From Utricularia gibba (Eukaryota; Plantae; Magnoliophyta): DNA of 64,000 nt. Where the stretch lies: the NCBI GenBank assembly GCA_002189035.1, contig CM007991.1:5283416-5347415 (forward strand). The letters run 5' to 3'. The position numbers and the translations under genes were made by a program. Positions 48,950 through 63,423 of this stretch are shown here, piece after piece (position 1 is the first letter of the stretch; each line of letters opens with the position of its first letter). The notes under the pieces were generated by a model. The model was not told the DNA's origin. It did no database searches and saw nothing but the letters and a program-made list of their open reading frames with translations.

Positions 48950-51900
48950 TTTAGATTAAGTGAGATGTTTGCTTTCAAATTTCCAGGCATTCTGATCTAC
49001 TCTCTTTGTTGCCTATTTTCAGTGTAGAAGCCATCTTATGAACTTATACTAATTTCTTTACAATAGAAATCCACTTCCCAACATAAACTACATGTTTAAT
49101 CTCACTGGTGCATAAGATTTACAACTGAAAGCCGTTTGCTCCTTGTGGATTGACCTAGAATTGTGACTACTACATTATTTTCTTCATGAATGTAATGTAA
49201 ATTACTTGTTCAGTTTTATAAATATCTTTGATGGGGAAAATCTTTAAGCCTACAAAACCTTTAGAATTTTTCATCTGTCAAAATGATGACGTTTCCAAGA
49301 AGCTAGGTGCTTTTTAGTTGTTTGTTGTTAATGCATTTGCATTCTTTTGTAGGTGAAACTCTTGTCTTGCTTGATCTAGAGATAGAGAGAACCACAAGAG
49401 AGAAAAAGAATCATGTAAAGAAGAAGTAGCATAAGGCAACCACAAAGGCCAAGAAAGGAGATGCTATACACAAATCAATCATGAATGCAAATGGAGTGGA
49501 GAAAACTACACATGAGTATGATTGTCCTGATTATTCCTACCCAAGGATTTGGATAAATTTTCGAGAAGACGCCATTGCATTCGTACTTAGACCAAGAATC
49601 ATTACCCTTTTTTTTGAAGTTCCACAGAAATGGCAAAGAAGATGCACACTAGCACTTGGATGGCTATCTTTCAGTCAACGCTACGGTCAAACTGAAGGAA
49701 GTGATAGAAGATAACATGTTGTTACGAGTTTTTCAGTTTGCTCTTGAAGGAGATGCAAAGGATTGGTTCAACACATTAGAATCGGGAAGCATAGGGAGCT
49801 GGACAGAAATGAAGAAGGAGTTCTTGAACAATTATTTTCTGCTTATAAAGGTAGAGGAATTAAGGAGAAAAATTGCAAACATATTTCAGTTTATGTGAAG
49901 ACTCATTGCATGAGTATTGGGACAAGTTCAGCAGATTGCTAGCAATTTGTTTGCACCATGGGTATGAGAAGCATACCTTGGTGAAATTCTTTTTGGAAGG
50001 AATGCTATCACCTATTAGAACACCGTTAAATGCTGCAGCTGGAGGGAGGATGAAGACACTCAACCCTACCAAGGCTTGGATAAAAATCAAAGAAAAAATA
50101 TGTACAACCAAGTGAATTTTGTTGAAAGAAGCTCAATGCCATACGAGAAGGTGAACTAAGGTCTTGAGAATGTGAATGAGATGGACAAGAAAATTAGTGA
50201 GCTACATGATATGATGAGAGAATTGTGCATGGCTGATAGCACACAAATTTTCATGTTTTAGGATATGAAAAATCATAACTTTTGATTATGTTTAAGTGTT
50301 AATTTTATAGTTTTAAGTATTTTTATTTGATTAGGGAAAATATGATTTTTGGTATATTTATGGGCTAAATCCTTTGATTTAGCCCACCCCATATCTAACC
50401 CGATTTTGGAGTCTAGTAGCAACCCGAAAGTCAAGGAAGAAATTTGGATTTCGTGCAAGTCACCAGGCTGCAGGGGGTAATAAGTACATTGTCATGGCGG
50501 TAGTTTGCAAGTCAAGGCCAGAAGCAGCAGATTTGTCAGAAAATGTACTTGTCTTGGGTAGTGGAAGGCGAGAGAGAGATGAGGAGGAGAGAGAGTCGCA
50601 AAAGAAGAGGACAACAACTAGAATTGGCAGAACACACACGAGGGGGTTTCTCCCCCAACTCAAACACAGAAGAATACTGAAGGAGAAGGAGGAAGAAAAG
50701 CGATTTTTTTCTGAAGAAGAACCTCTAGCGTGAAGGAAGAAGATCAAGACCCAATTCAGCACTACTGTTCCCACTCAAGAACAGTAGCAGACAGAAACCA
50801 GAACTCTTACTGCTTTATTTTAGCTTGATGTTTTTAGCTTTTGCACCCAACTTCTGCACAATGTTCTTGACATTTTCGTTGTTTTATGTTAGTGCCATGA
50901 CTTTTTACCTTCAAAGCATGAGTAGCTAAACCCTAGGAGTGTCTTAAGGTGAAGCATGGTGGTGTGGGTCTAGGAGTCTTAATAAAATTTACCATTGTCC
51001 CTTAGCTCTTGTTTCTATCAAGCCATGAGTAGATCTAAGGAGGGGAACAAGTGGCTTCACAACTTAGATGTTTGATTTAGAGGTAGACCAACAAATCAAG
51101 ATGGGAGCAATAGGTGTTAGTCCGGGGTAGAACCAATAGAATTGGGTAGACCTAGTTCTATATGCTTTGCATGCGGGTAGACCTAATTGCAAGGTTGGTG
51201 ATGATATGGAGGACAAGCTTAGCCGAAAATATGATGAATGATCTAGGTAGACTTAGGTTATTTGAAGTTGTGAGTGTAGGAACATGGTAGATTAAATTAG
51301 GAATTTTGGCACCACACCACCTGTTACCTTAGCGTTAAGACCTGATATTGTTTACTGATCTTGTTTACCGAACTTGTTTACCACTGTTGGTCCGAGCTTA
51401 GACTAAGACTACTATTACTTTGAATTCTACATCTGCTGAAATACATGACAAGCACAAGCTCCTTGTGATCGACCCCGAATTCCACTGTACACTTTGTGTT
51501 TAATTTGTATTTTTTGAGGATTAGGGATTATAAATGTATTTGATACGGAAGTTTGCTTTTATTACAACGATATGCTAAAATTTCCGTTTATCAATGGCAC
51601 AATCTAAGTTAATTCCATGTGAGCTATGCTTTGTAAAACAGAAACCTATCCATTGAAGGAAGACAACGTTGGAGTCAATGCTAAGGGTTATGCTGAAAAT
51701 TAGGGAGGATGGGGTCAACCTTGGCACTATGTCCCCAAACATCCAAATTTGAGCTGGAGGAATGGGAAGCATTGAACCAACAAGTCACTCAACCTCAATA
51801 GCAACCTACACAATAGACTCAGCCAACAAACAAATTTATGGAAATTTTCCGCCAAAGCAGTTGCAGTAAAAGACATATCAGCCCCCTCATCAAAGGAACA

Positions 51901-54900
51901 ATCAAGTGAAGGTAGGATCATCTTTGGAAGAAATGCTGAGTTGTATACTGGACAAAACCCACAAGGATTAGAAGGAAAGCAAGAAGGAGAAAGAAACAAT
52001 TCAAGGAACTATCATGAACATTGAAAAATAAGTTGAACAATTAGCAACAAGAGTTGGAGAAATTGAGAATAAATCTAGAAAGCTGCCTTCTCAATCATCA
52101 GTGAACCCACAAGTAAATATTATAGCGATAGAGTTGAGAGGCAAGAAAAAACTACCGGACAAAAGGGTGATTCAACTCAACGATGAACCAATTCGAGAAG
52201 CAGATGAAGTAGAAAGCATTGAAGAAGATAGTGGCAAAGGGCAATTTGAACACCCAACCCCTGAATAGAAGATTGAGGTGAAGGTGACTCAACCTCTATT
52301 TCCATGAAGGCTGAGGAATAATGGAAAGAAAGATGAAGTGCAGAGAATTATTTTTACCTTGAACTCAATGATGGTAACTATGAAGGCAAATGATTATTTG
52401 AAGCATGTTCCAAGAGGACTCAAGATCCTTAAGGAATTGTGCTCGGATTCAAAGGTTGCTCTCACTGGAAATGGAAAAGTGAAGATTAATGCAAGTATTA
52501 CTAATCTAATTGATAAGGGACTTCCTCCTACATATGGAGATATAGGTACATATTATATTTCTGTGAAAATTGAAGGAAGGAAAATTCCAAGGGCAATGGC
52601 CAATCAAGAACAGTGATAAACATGATGTCACTAGACGTCTACGGACTACAAGTCTCATGGACTCGAACCCTTGAGGAAGACCAACACAAGACTGATTTTG
52701 GCGACAAGAGTGATTGCTGTTCCAGAAGGTATTGCTAAGGATGTTCTGGTGCAAGTGTCAAAGGCACTCTACTCAATTGACTTTGTGGTGGTAAAGATGC
52801 CTTCGACTAAAGTGTATGACAACACTATTATTATCAGAAGGCCCTTCTTAGCCACAATCGATGCGCACGTTAGATGCAAGAAGGGAGAAATGACTCTAGG
52901 ATATGAAGATGATTTTTTGACTTTCAGAGCTCGAGAACCCAAGGTTGGGATGCACGGAGTAGGAACAGTCGTGGAAGAAGAAAATGCTAAACAGAGTGCT
53001 GCGAATGACCACAAAACATCATTGACAGTCTGATAGCAGAAGTCTGCACCTAAGAGATGGAACAAATAGTCATCTTGGCACAAGTGGATGAAGAATTTGG
53101 TTTGATACCTAAGTTGGATGTCAAGAGGTCTTTGAATGAAGTAGGAGTTGTGGAGGTGTCTTGTGAGAAGAAACCAGATCTGAAGCCGCTCCCCTAACAC
53201 TTAAAGTATATTTTTCTCGAAGAACATAATATTTTGCTTGTTATTATTAGTGCAGATCTAAATTTTGAGTAGGACGAAAAGTTGTCGGAGTTGCTGAAGA
53301 AACAAAAGAAAGTAGTTGGACACTAGAGGACATCCAAGAGATTTGCTCATTAATTTGTATGCATTGGATATTGTTGGAGGATGACATCAAGCCAATCTGA
53401 CAAGTGCAAAAACGACTCAATCCAACGCTGATGGAGATTGTGAAGAAGGAAGTAGAGAAGTTGTTGAAGGCAGAGATAATTTATTCCTTTTCAGATAGCA
53501 AATGGTCAGTCTGTCACAAACTCTAAAAGAAAACAAGTCACTATCCGAGTGCAAAACAGATGGAGAGTTTATATTGATTATCGAAAATTGAATGATGTCA
53601 CAAGAAAGGACCACTACCCCTTCCCCTTCATTGATCAAATGCTTGATAAGCTTAATGGTAAGACATATTATTGTTTTCTTGATGGATATTCATGTTACAA
53701 CCAAGTGACAATTGCACCTGAGGATCAAGTGAAAACAATATTCACTTGCCTATTTGGTACGTTTGCTTATAGAAGAATGCCATTTGGTTTATGTAATGCT
53801 CTTGCTACATTTTAAAGGTGCGTAACTAGCATTTTTTCTGATTTTATTGATAAAAGCATGGAGATTTTCATGAATGATTTTACATTACATGGATTAAACT
53901 TTGATGAATATTTGGAAATTTGGACAAAGTTTTCTTAGATATGTTGATAAAGATTCAGTGCTTAATTATGAGAAATATCATTTCATGGTTAAACAAGGGA
54001 TTGTGTTAGGACATATTGTCTCAAGTGATGATTTACGTGTTGATCCTGCTTAAGTTGATACTATCTCTAATCTTATCCCACCTCAAGACGTAAAAGGAAT
54101 ACGATCATTTTTAGGGCATGTGGGCTTTTATCGTAGGTTCATCAAGAATTTTTCAACTATTACTAAACCCTTGACTGAGTTGCTGAAACATGATGTCAAG
54201 TTTGAATTTTCATATCATTGTAAGGAGGCTTTTAACAAGCCGAAGGAAGCTATGACAACAGCATTAGTGATCAGAGCCCCAACAGCGTTATGTGTGATGT
54301 TTCTAATTTTGTAGTGGGTGCGGTGTTGGGTCAAAAGATCAATGGAATGAATCATGTGGTCAGTTACGCTTCAAAAACAATGGATGATGCCCAGCGAAAT
54401 TACATGACCATGGAAAAATGAAATGCTGGAAATTGTCTTTGTTAGGGACAAATTTAGGAGTTACTTAATTGGAAGTAAACTAATTATTCATACTGACCAT
54501 GCAACCATTAGGCATCTTCGTGTCTAAGCAGAACACGAAGCCAAGGTTGCTTCGATGGGTGCTACTACTTCAAGAATTCAATGTGGAAATCAAAAGATAA
54601 ACCAGCTAAAGAGAACTATGTAGCTATTTCACCTAACCAGAATAAAGAAGTTGATGGATGGAGAGGAGATAATTGATACTTTCCCTAATGAATTAATCAG
54701 CACAATCTCACTCTCAAGTAAGACTAAATAACCCTAGTATGCAGATTTAGTTGACTTTCTTTCTATAGGGAAGATTAATGAAAATTTGAAGAGCCATAAA
54801 AAACTAAAGCTAAAGAGCAATAGGAAGTACTATACATTGAATGGCTCGTATTTGTGGAAGAGTTGCAGTGATGGAGAGCACATAAATGCTTACCTGACAC

Positions 54901-55000
54901 TAAAATTAACCAGCTTATTGAATTTTGTCACTCATCACCATGTGGAGGGTACCATGAATCGAACATAACATCAAAGAAGGTGGATATTATTGATCATCAA
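48950..55000 (+). mobile_element. Degenerate Athila-type element (LTR end, gag, protease, RT, RNase H, integrase N-terminus), truncated
   Basis: LTR end ...CATCTGTCA at 49280 followed by a decayed PBS. Gag LRVFQFALEGDAKDWF...YWDKFSRLL. Protease region DVLVQV...IDFVVV...RPFLAT. RT WRVYIDYRKLNDVTRKDHYPFPFIDQML...MPFGLCNA. GFYRRFIKNFS. Integrase HHCC start ~54930. Many stops. The left boundary is approximate. Confidence 0.85.
50234..51593 (+). mobile_element. Solo LTR inserted in the gag of the Athila-type element
   Basis: TGATA...TATCA termini with perfect TSD ATGGC (50229-50233 and 51594-51598). Removing it restores gag ...RELCMAQSKLIPCELC. Confidence 0.9.
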
Positions 55001-56367
55001 TTTTTCGAGATATGAAATTTAAAGTTAAGCATGTCAAACTTGGAGTAGTTTAAGTATGAGTAACCTCTTGAAAAATTATTAATTAAAAATGAAAAATATG
55101 TAAATTGTGAAAGTTTGATATTCAAAATAGATAATATTATATAAAAAATATGTAATTCGTTATATATACAATTCTTGACAAAGTTTAACAAATTAGAAAT
55201 AATTTTAGTATTTAAACGTACAATGCTTTTCCAAATAAACTACTCAATGTGTATGCAAATTTATAGTATCAAATCGGTCAAAAGGATTTATTTTTCTCCT
55301 CATCTCCCTGTAACACAAACCGTTTATTCTGCTTTATGCGTGTGTCGTTTATTTGACTGTTCTCGTTTGATGTTCATAGCGTCGCCTGGTCCACGACCAC
55401 TACTATTCTCCAAACCGGCGGCGTAATGTGTTTCCTAGTAAAAATATAACGGAAGACTGAAATGTTATTACGTTTGAGTACCCACCCAGTCAATACGATT
55501 AACTTTCCTGCCTTATCCATGCACCATTCTAATACATTCCCTGGGGAAAACGCTCATTGCGATTCACACCACCTAACAAACAACGATCTACCAGCAGCCA
55601 CCCCCACTCACCCACCAAACTGCATTCTCGGGAGGGGTCAACCAACCTGTAGACGTATCAAACACACTCACACATCAGTGCGCGGGATTCTATTCAGGTC
55701 TTCCGCCTTCGTGCCCCAACTAACACTCCCCTATCCACCACAAGCTCGCTTGACCAGGTAAATACATTCACTGCCTGCCCCACTACCCGCGTCCACCAGC
55801 GCACCAAACAAATCTCCGTTTGCTGCCGTTCGCCGCCTTCTCTGAAATAAAGGTAGCTGTGCTTCTCTCTTTTATCTGGTTTCCAATTGTATATTTTCAG
55901 CCATTGGGATTCTGCTGGTGTTCCATATCTGGATCTGTTTTCCTTTTTCCAAGATCCTGGATTTATCATTCTAATCGGGTGTCTTTGTTTGCTGTGGGGA
56001 AACGAAGGTTGCCCTTTTGCATTACTTGCTCCCATTTCGATCTTCTTTTACTCCGTTCTTGGAGTCGCTTCATATTCTGCGGTCCTCACTTTACTCAGTT
56101 TTCAAGCGGTTTTGTTGTGTGGGTTGAGGATCTTAATCCGTAGAAATTTTGATTCATTCAGTTCGTTTTCTAATAAAAATTATTTTACACCCTTGGTGCC
56201 ATGTATTGCAATCTGTTTCCACTTTGGATCTATTTGTAGCGATTGAAAGACTTAGAATGCTGAAACCCTCCTAAGAATTTTATTCTTTGTCTTCAGAAAG
56301 GTTTATTTCTCCCACTTGAGCTTATGTTATCAATATCATTAATTTTTATGCTTATAGGAAGAGAATC

Positions 56368-59300
56368 ATGGCAACTGGACAACTTTTTTCAAAAACGACT
56401 CAGTCTCTATTTTACAATTATAAGCAACTGCCAATTCAGCGTATGCTTGACTTTGATTTCCTATGCGGTAAGTGCTAATGAAGTCTCTTGAATATATATA
56501 TTTTTTGATTAATCTACACCATTTTGACTTTACGTTTGGAGCCTGCATATTCAGGAAGGGAAACGCCATCAGTTGCTGGGATCATTAATCCTGGTTCTGA
56601 GGGGTTCCAGAAGTTATTCTTTGGTCAGGAGGAAATAGCCATCCCAGTTCATTCCACGTAAGTTCTTTTTTCTTCTCGTTTGATTTTTCTTTCTATCCAC
56701 CAGCCCTACTTTTTGTCAAGTAGCAATCTATCTGAGTTAAAATTGGGAATCTTTCATTAACATCTTGTTGTATACACCATGCAACAGCATTGAAGCTGCT
56801 TGTGCTGCACATCCTACAGCGGATGTCTTCATTAACTTTGCGTCTTTTAGAAGGTTTGTGTTGTCTGTTGATACCTTTTGTACTAAACTATTGCATCCTA
56901 CTTAACTGACACTTAATTTTCAGTGCTGCCGATTCATCTTTTGCTGCTCTCAAGCAGCCAACCATCAGAGTTGTAGCCATCATAGCTGAAGGTGTCCCAG
57001 AGTTGGATACCAAGAAGTTGATTGCTTATGCAAAATCCAATAACAAGGTATATCTGCTATACGCTTTCTCTATTTCTTTGGAAAACTGAAATAAAATATT
57101 TTCTTGCATTGCCTATTGGGGTTCTTCTGATAAATTGCTGTACTCGTGGAAATCATCATCCATAGGTTGTAATTGGCCCTGCTACGGTTGGAGGTATTCA
57201 AGCTGGTGCTTTCAAAATTGGTGATACTGCTGGTACAATTGATAACATAATCCACTGCAAACTATATAGGCCTGGCTCCGTCGGCTTCGTTTCCAAATCT
57301 GTGAGCATCCAACATCTTCTTTATACTGTAAAAAAAGAGGCATTCTTTTCATTTTGTCTACGCCTTGTCACCTTTTCCAATAGAAGCATCTTTTAGTCTA
57401 CATTGTCAGCTTTCCTAGTTTATGAATTAATTCTGCACTAATTTCCAAAAAAATTTTGATTGCAGGGTGGTATGTCTAATGAAATGTACAACACAATTGC
57501 TAGAGTAACTGATGGAATTTATGAGGGTAATCTTGATTCTGGAATTTAGCCTTTTGTATTTTTTTTTTTTTTCTCATTCTATTTCCTCCAGGCATTGCGA
57601 TTGGAGGAGATGTGTTCCCTGGGTCAACGCTCTCAGATCATGTCCTTAGGTTTAACAACATACCTCAGGTTACTGTTTTCTTTCTATTTTTGAAAGGTCA
57701 CTCGGAACATTTCCAACTTTAGTGTTGTCCTGTTTCTGTTGAACAGGTGAAGATGATGGTTGTCCTTGGAGAACTTGGTGGCCGTGATGAATATTCCCTT
57801 GTTGAGGCGCTTAAGCAGGGCAAGATCAGCAAGCCTGTTGTTGCCTGGGTCAGTGGAACGTGTGCTAGGCTGTTTAAGTCAGAAGTACAGTTTGGGCATG
57901 CGGTATGTTTTTAATTGTGAATGATATTTCTCCCAAAACAGTGTTCAGTTATGTGTGGCCAGTGATGAGAGCTGTGATTAATTCCAGGGGGCCAAGAGTG
58001 GTGGTGATATGGAGTCGGCACAAGGCAAGAATCAAGCACTCAAGGAAGCTGGTGCTGTTGTTCCTACTTCGTATGAGGCATTAGAAGTTGCAATCAAGGA
58101 AACATTTTCCAAATTGGTGGGTTTTGCTAGTTATTTAAGCACAAAATGATGCAATGTTTTTTGAATAAAGTTGGGAGCTAATTCATGATTTTGTTCGTCA
58201 GGTCGAGGAAGGCAAGATAACGCCTGTGAAGGAGGTAAGCTATCCTCAGATACCTGAGGACCTTAACACGGCAATCAAGAGTGGAAAAGTTCGGGCTCCA
58301 ACACACATTATTTCCACAATATCTGATGACAGGGGTAAGATTGTTTTTCTTGTTGAAATTTGCAGGCCTGCGTGTGTTCAAGCTCGGGCTTTTGCTGTTG
58401 GCAGGTGAAGAGCCAACATATGCGGGTGTGCCAATGTCATCCATTGTCGAACAAGGACTTGGTGTGGGTGATGTCATTTCTTTGTTGTGGTTCAAGCGGA
58501 GCCTTCCTCGGTACTGCACTCGTTTCATCGAGGTGATCATATAGGGTGCTGTCTTTAGTCATATTTTTTGGCTGGACAAGCGAATATTGTTCTAAAGTAG
58601 ATTGTAATGCTTGCCAGATTTGTATCATGTTATGTGCTGATCATGGTCCTTGTGTATCCGGTGCTCACAACGCAATTGTCACAGCAAGGGCTGGAAAGGA
58701 TCTTGTCTCCAGTCTTGTTTCAGGTGAAGTACTACCTTGGACTCTCTCATAAAATGGATTAGATTTCTCAGTCGCACTGCACAACAGGTTTGTTGACGAT
58801 TGGCCCTCGATTTGGTGGTGCTATTGATGATGCTGCTCGGTATTTCAAGGATGCCTATGACAGAGTCGGTACTTGGTTGTGCACAAGTCTTCCATGAAAT
58901 CCCAGATCTGTGTTTTAACATATTTGTGTTTATCATCAGCGTCTGACGCCATACGAATATGTCGAAGGCATGAAAAAGAAGGGCATTCGTGTTCCCGGTA
59001 TTGGACACAGGTGATGATCCAAATCTTTGATTTTTGGCCATCTTGGTTTCAGCTACTGCTCACCCACCCCCTGCATAATTCTTGGGTTGCCAGAATCAAG
59101 CGGAGCGACAACAGAGACAAGAGAGTGGAACTCCTGCAGCGGTTTGCCCGATCCAATTTCCCATCTGTTAAGTACATGGAATATGCCGTCGAAGTGGAAA
59201 ACTACACCCTCTCAAAGGCAAACAATCTGGTGCTCAACGTGGATGGCGCCATTGGCTCACTCTTCTTGGACCTTCTCGCTGGGAGTGGGATGTTCACCAA

Positions 59301-59538
59301 GCAAGAGATCGATGAGATTGTCGAAATTGGCTACCTCAACGGCCTCTTTGTCCTTGCTCGCTCCATCGGTCTCATCGGGTGAGTTTTTGTTCCTTTCCAC
59401 TTAGGTTATTCCAACTCTCTTTCTGTCTGGTTCGCTATAAGCTCCTCGACCCTCCCTACCAGACATACTTTCGACCAGAAGAGGCTGAAGCAGCCACTCT
59501 ACCGCCATCCATGGGAAGACGTCCTCTACACCAAGTGA
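56368..59538 (+). CDS. ACLB: ATP-citrate lyase (ATP-citrate synthase) subunit B, multi-exon, intact
   Basis: [34 protein letters not shown]|[32 protein letters not shown]...FINFASFRS...[12 protein letters not shown]...[12 protein letters not shown]...[10 protein letters not shown]...LNVDGAIG...[28 protein letters not shown] introns are in phase where checked. A 5'UTR intron ends at 56357. Confidence 0.97.
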
Positions 59539-59992
59539 AGGAACATGAATCACACCCCGCTGGTTTGTGACTGTAAGTAACTAAACCACCTTTCTATCTG
59601 CCTGAATGATGGTGAGCGGTGCACCAAGCAAACACCAATTGTTGGTGCAGGAACACAAGAAACCAGGGCATTGGATCTCAGTGCAAGAAGTTTGTACCGG
59701 CGAATAAACATCGATGCTTGTTGTGATTTTATGCCTCATCTTTTGTTGTCTTTGTTTACAATGCTTGTCACCGAGACCTAGAGTTTTGAATCTGTTCGGA
59801 TTGGATTTCTGCTTGGGTTACATTGAACAACTTTCATAGAGGATGGGTACCGAACAGCTCTTCCGCCGTGGTTTGAGCCAACCTCAAACATCACAATAAC
59901 TAGTTGATAAACCACGTATTGGGACTTGCAAATGTTCCGATGAACCATCATCACAATAAAGAGCCGAGGCATACGGGCAATGTTTTTGATGA

Positions 59993-60500
59993 TTATGCGT
60001 GGAGCAATGACCTGATGGCCGCAACAGCATCTACCTTGTGCCCGCGCAGTAGGATTCATTCAAAGCCGGCGGTAAAAACCACCATCCGATAAAACCAATA
60101 AACAAAATTTGGAGGCACTCACCTCGAGTTCATTGCAAATGATCTCAACATCCGCAGCATTGATCTTCATGACTGCCAGCTCTTTCTCCCTGTAGTACAA
60201 GAAACAAAGTTTTCGTTCATCCATTCCAACGACAGTGAGTAGACGAACAATCAACTAGAAAATGAAATCCCAAGGTGGTGGTACTTTAATCTCGCGGCTA
60301 ATGCCGGCTTTATTAGAGACACAAATTGACGCCAAATGCGGCCGTTGAGAGAAAAAAACGTGTTAAATGGGGCAAGGGAAGGAGGAAATCGAAACTCCTG
60401 GACACGACTGGAATCCTGTTGACGATCCTCCACCAGTCCACCTGGTCCGTGAGTTTATCCAAAGCTTTGGCGTGTTTCTGAAGATCCTTGGAGTCACAAT
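59993..60500 (-). pseudogene. HYPK: HYPK-like (huntingtin-interacting protein K / NatA cofactor) pseudogene
   Basis: Fragments DSKDLQKHAKALDKLTDQV[8-nt insertion]EDRQQDSSRVQE; degraded ASICVSNKAGIS exon; REKELAVMKINAADVEIICNELE; LRGHKVDAVAAIRSLLHA*. No usable start codon; frameshifts; two splice acceptors lost. Confidence 0.8.
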
Positions 60501-61182
60501 CTGTCACATCCCAACCAAGTGATGCAGCAGTTGAAGATTAATGAGGAAGTTTCTAGGCCTTTTGAACTAAGTTAGTGTTTGTCTATTTTATATTAGCTGG
60601 GCCAATTCTTGATGTTGTTGATATTTGTGTTAAACTCACTTTTATAGTGTTCTCATGTGTAAAATTTCTAAAAATTCTCATATTGTTGAATCTTCCTTCA
60701 TTCAAGGAACACAAGATATTATCAAGTGGTATCAAAACTATCTCTTTTCTCCATGTCATGGGTCCAAAACAAAATGCTCCTAAACCTAAGCTCAATATTC
60801 TTGTTTGCGACCTTACACCCAACCCCTACTCTTTACCTGAGTCCTTGTCCCCACTTGTGATGAGAAATGAGAAGAGGATCTTTTAAAGACGAATGTTGTT
60901 ACAGGACAACTTTGCTAACTTGCTATTCTCTTAATTGTGTTGCGTGATGGTTTTATTTTGTTTCCTTTAAATAGTGTTGTGAACCACTATTATGTTGAGT
61001 TGGTTATTTTCTTGGAAATATATTCTTTCGTACATCGTCTTCCGCAATTCGACATTTTCTTGTTTATGCTGTGGAGAGCGTGGACGAATCGTGAATCAAC
61101 CAGCTCGATACTCTTGATGACAACCTCTGTTACGGCGGCTGAACGTTAGTTTGATAGACAATTACGATATGGATGGACTTCG

Positions 61183-63423
61183 ATGGCAGAAGCGTTCACA
61201 AACGATGATCTGAATCGTGCTGATCCACTACATCTCAGTGGATCCAATCATCCGAATGCCTCTCTCATAAGTGAACTCCTCAATACTAAGAATTACTTTG
61301 ATTAGCATAGAGGAGCCCGACTTGCCTTGGGAGCTAAGAACAAGCTAGGTATCATAAGTTCACATGATTTGTGGAAACTTGAAAGCACATTAGGGTCAAG
61401 TCAACATCAACATGCTATATCACATTCAATCTGAGTTATACAATTTGAATCAAGGTGATCTGAGTGTTGCACATTAGTATACCAAACTTAACACTTTGTA
61501 GGAGTTGGATGCTCTGTTTCCAGAAGTTAAGTGTGAAAGGTGCAGCATCCCAATAACAATGGAGAAGTTTTTTTGCTCAACAAAATTGACATATTTTACT
61601 TAGCTTGCATTCGAAATATGATGCGATTCGCAATCAGATCTTGGTGATGGATGAATCAATGATGGTGTCAAAGGCCTATGCAACACTTTTAAATGTAGAG
61701 CAACAAATGTGCAAAAAGAAGCCTGATCTGGTGAATATTCATACTAATTTGGTCATGCTAGTTAAATTAGTTCGAGAGCATGGTTCTGGAACACATCCTG
61801 GGCCCAGACAGCAGCAAGATAATCGATTATGTAACATTGGCAACAAATAAGACCACTTAGTTGAGAATTGCTTTACAATTAAGGAGCTGCTTCCATGGTG
61901 GAGGAACAAGGGTGCTAAGCCTATACAAGATGTAAAACCACCACCACCTCATTATGACCCACCAAGGCCAACGTGGACTCCATATTAGCAAATTTTAGTG
62001 CAACCTCGACAACACATGACTTATAACTTCTATAGACATGTTGCTCATTGCATTGAGACACCCATTGAAGAGTCATTTTTGTATACTGCTGATGCTTCCT
62101 CCTCCGTTTATTCATGACAAGTTATACAAAGAGAGCTGACAAAGCTGATGGCTAGTATGCAGCCTCCACAATTTGTCAATCTGTTGAAAGTGGAATTCTC
62201 AAGTATGTGCATGGCACTTGGAGCACTTAATAATGTTTCTACTTGTGTTATATGTAACCCCTAGGAATGAATAATCAATTCTAGAGCTAGTATGTACATT
62301 AGCTATTCTATTACAAGTTTTGAGGATCTCCAATAGGTGAAAATCTCTGCATTAGTCTCCTTAATGGACAGCATGTCCCGATTGATTATATCGGTTCTAT
62401 TATGATTACTAGCCAAATTAAATTGTAGAATGTGCTATATGCTCCTGGTTTTAAATACAATTTGCTATTTATCAAGAGGCTTGTAGATGATGTTGGCATC
62501 AACATTGTATTTTCCAGTCATTGTTGCTTGCTACAAGACCAAGTTATAAATGAGGTTCTTAGCATTGTACGTGTATGTGATGGCCTCTATGTGGTGGACA
62601 AAAGGTCTTTTCAATCAGGGGTGATCATGGCCTATGGTGTGTTAGCCCACAAATCTGATGCTAACTGGAATGCTCTTGTGAATATGGTATTGCCCTCATT
62701 GTGTTTTTTTGCTGACACTTTGCGTAACGGGGATCAAAATCTATTGTGGCATTCCCGTCATGGACATACTTTGAGCTTTAAATCTATGGGTTATTTGGTA
62801 TGCCATGTGATGTGTGCAAAATTTCCAGATTTTAGAGGATTTCGTTTCCCCTAAGCACATTCCATGCACCACAACTCTTTCATCTTCTTTATTATGATTT
62901 ATGGGGGCCTTATAACCTTGCAACTTTTAATGGAATGCAGTATTTTCTCACGATTATGAATGACCATACTCGCACCACTTGGACCTTCTTGCTCAAGGAT
63001 AAGCTTGGTGTGGATGCCTACATACAAGCTTTTCTTGCCCATGTGGAAAATCATTTTAGTTCTACCACCAAGCACATCCACACAGACAAGGGAGGAGAGT
63101 TCATGAGCATTGTCTTGCATAATTTGTGTGCTCGGAAAGGAATTTGTCATCAATACTCTTGCATTAAATGTCCACAATAGAATGCTAGAGTGGAAAGAAA
63201 ACATAGATACCTCTTGGGGGTCGCACGTTCTTTAATGTTTCACTCGGGTGTGTCAAGAACCTTTTGAGGTGAGGCGCTTCTTATTGTGACCTACATTATA
63301 AACCGTATACCATCCTTTGCGATCATATGGAAATCTCCATTTGAAGTCATCATGGAAAAACCATTGGACTCAACCCATCTATGCATATTTTGCTATTAGG
63401 TCTTTACCACAAATTTTGACTAT
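61183..63423 (+). mobile_element. Degenerate Ty1/Copia retrotransposon (gag, protease, GAG-pre-integrase, integrase core) truncated by the telomere
   Basis: DPLHLSGSNHPNASLISELLNTKNY...ALGAKNKLG (gag); E*IINSRASMYI (protease WIIDSGAS-like); LLWHSRHGH; YFLTIMNDHTRTTWTFLLK...IHTDKGGEF...PQ*NARVERKHRYLL (rve integrase). RT and the 3' LTR are absent. Confidence 0.9.
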
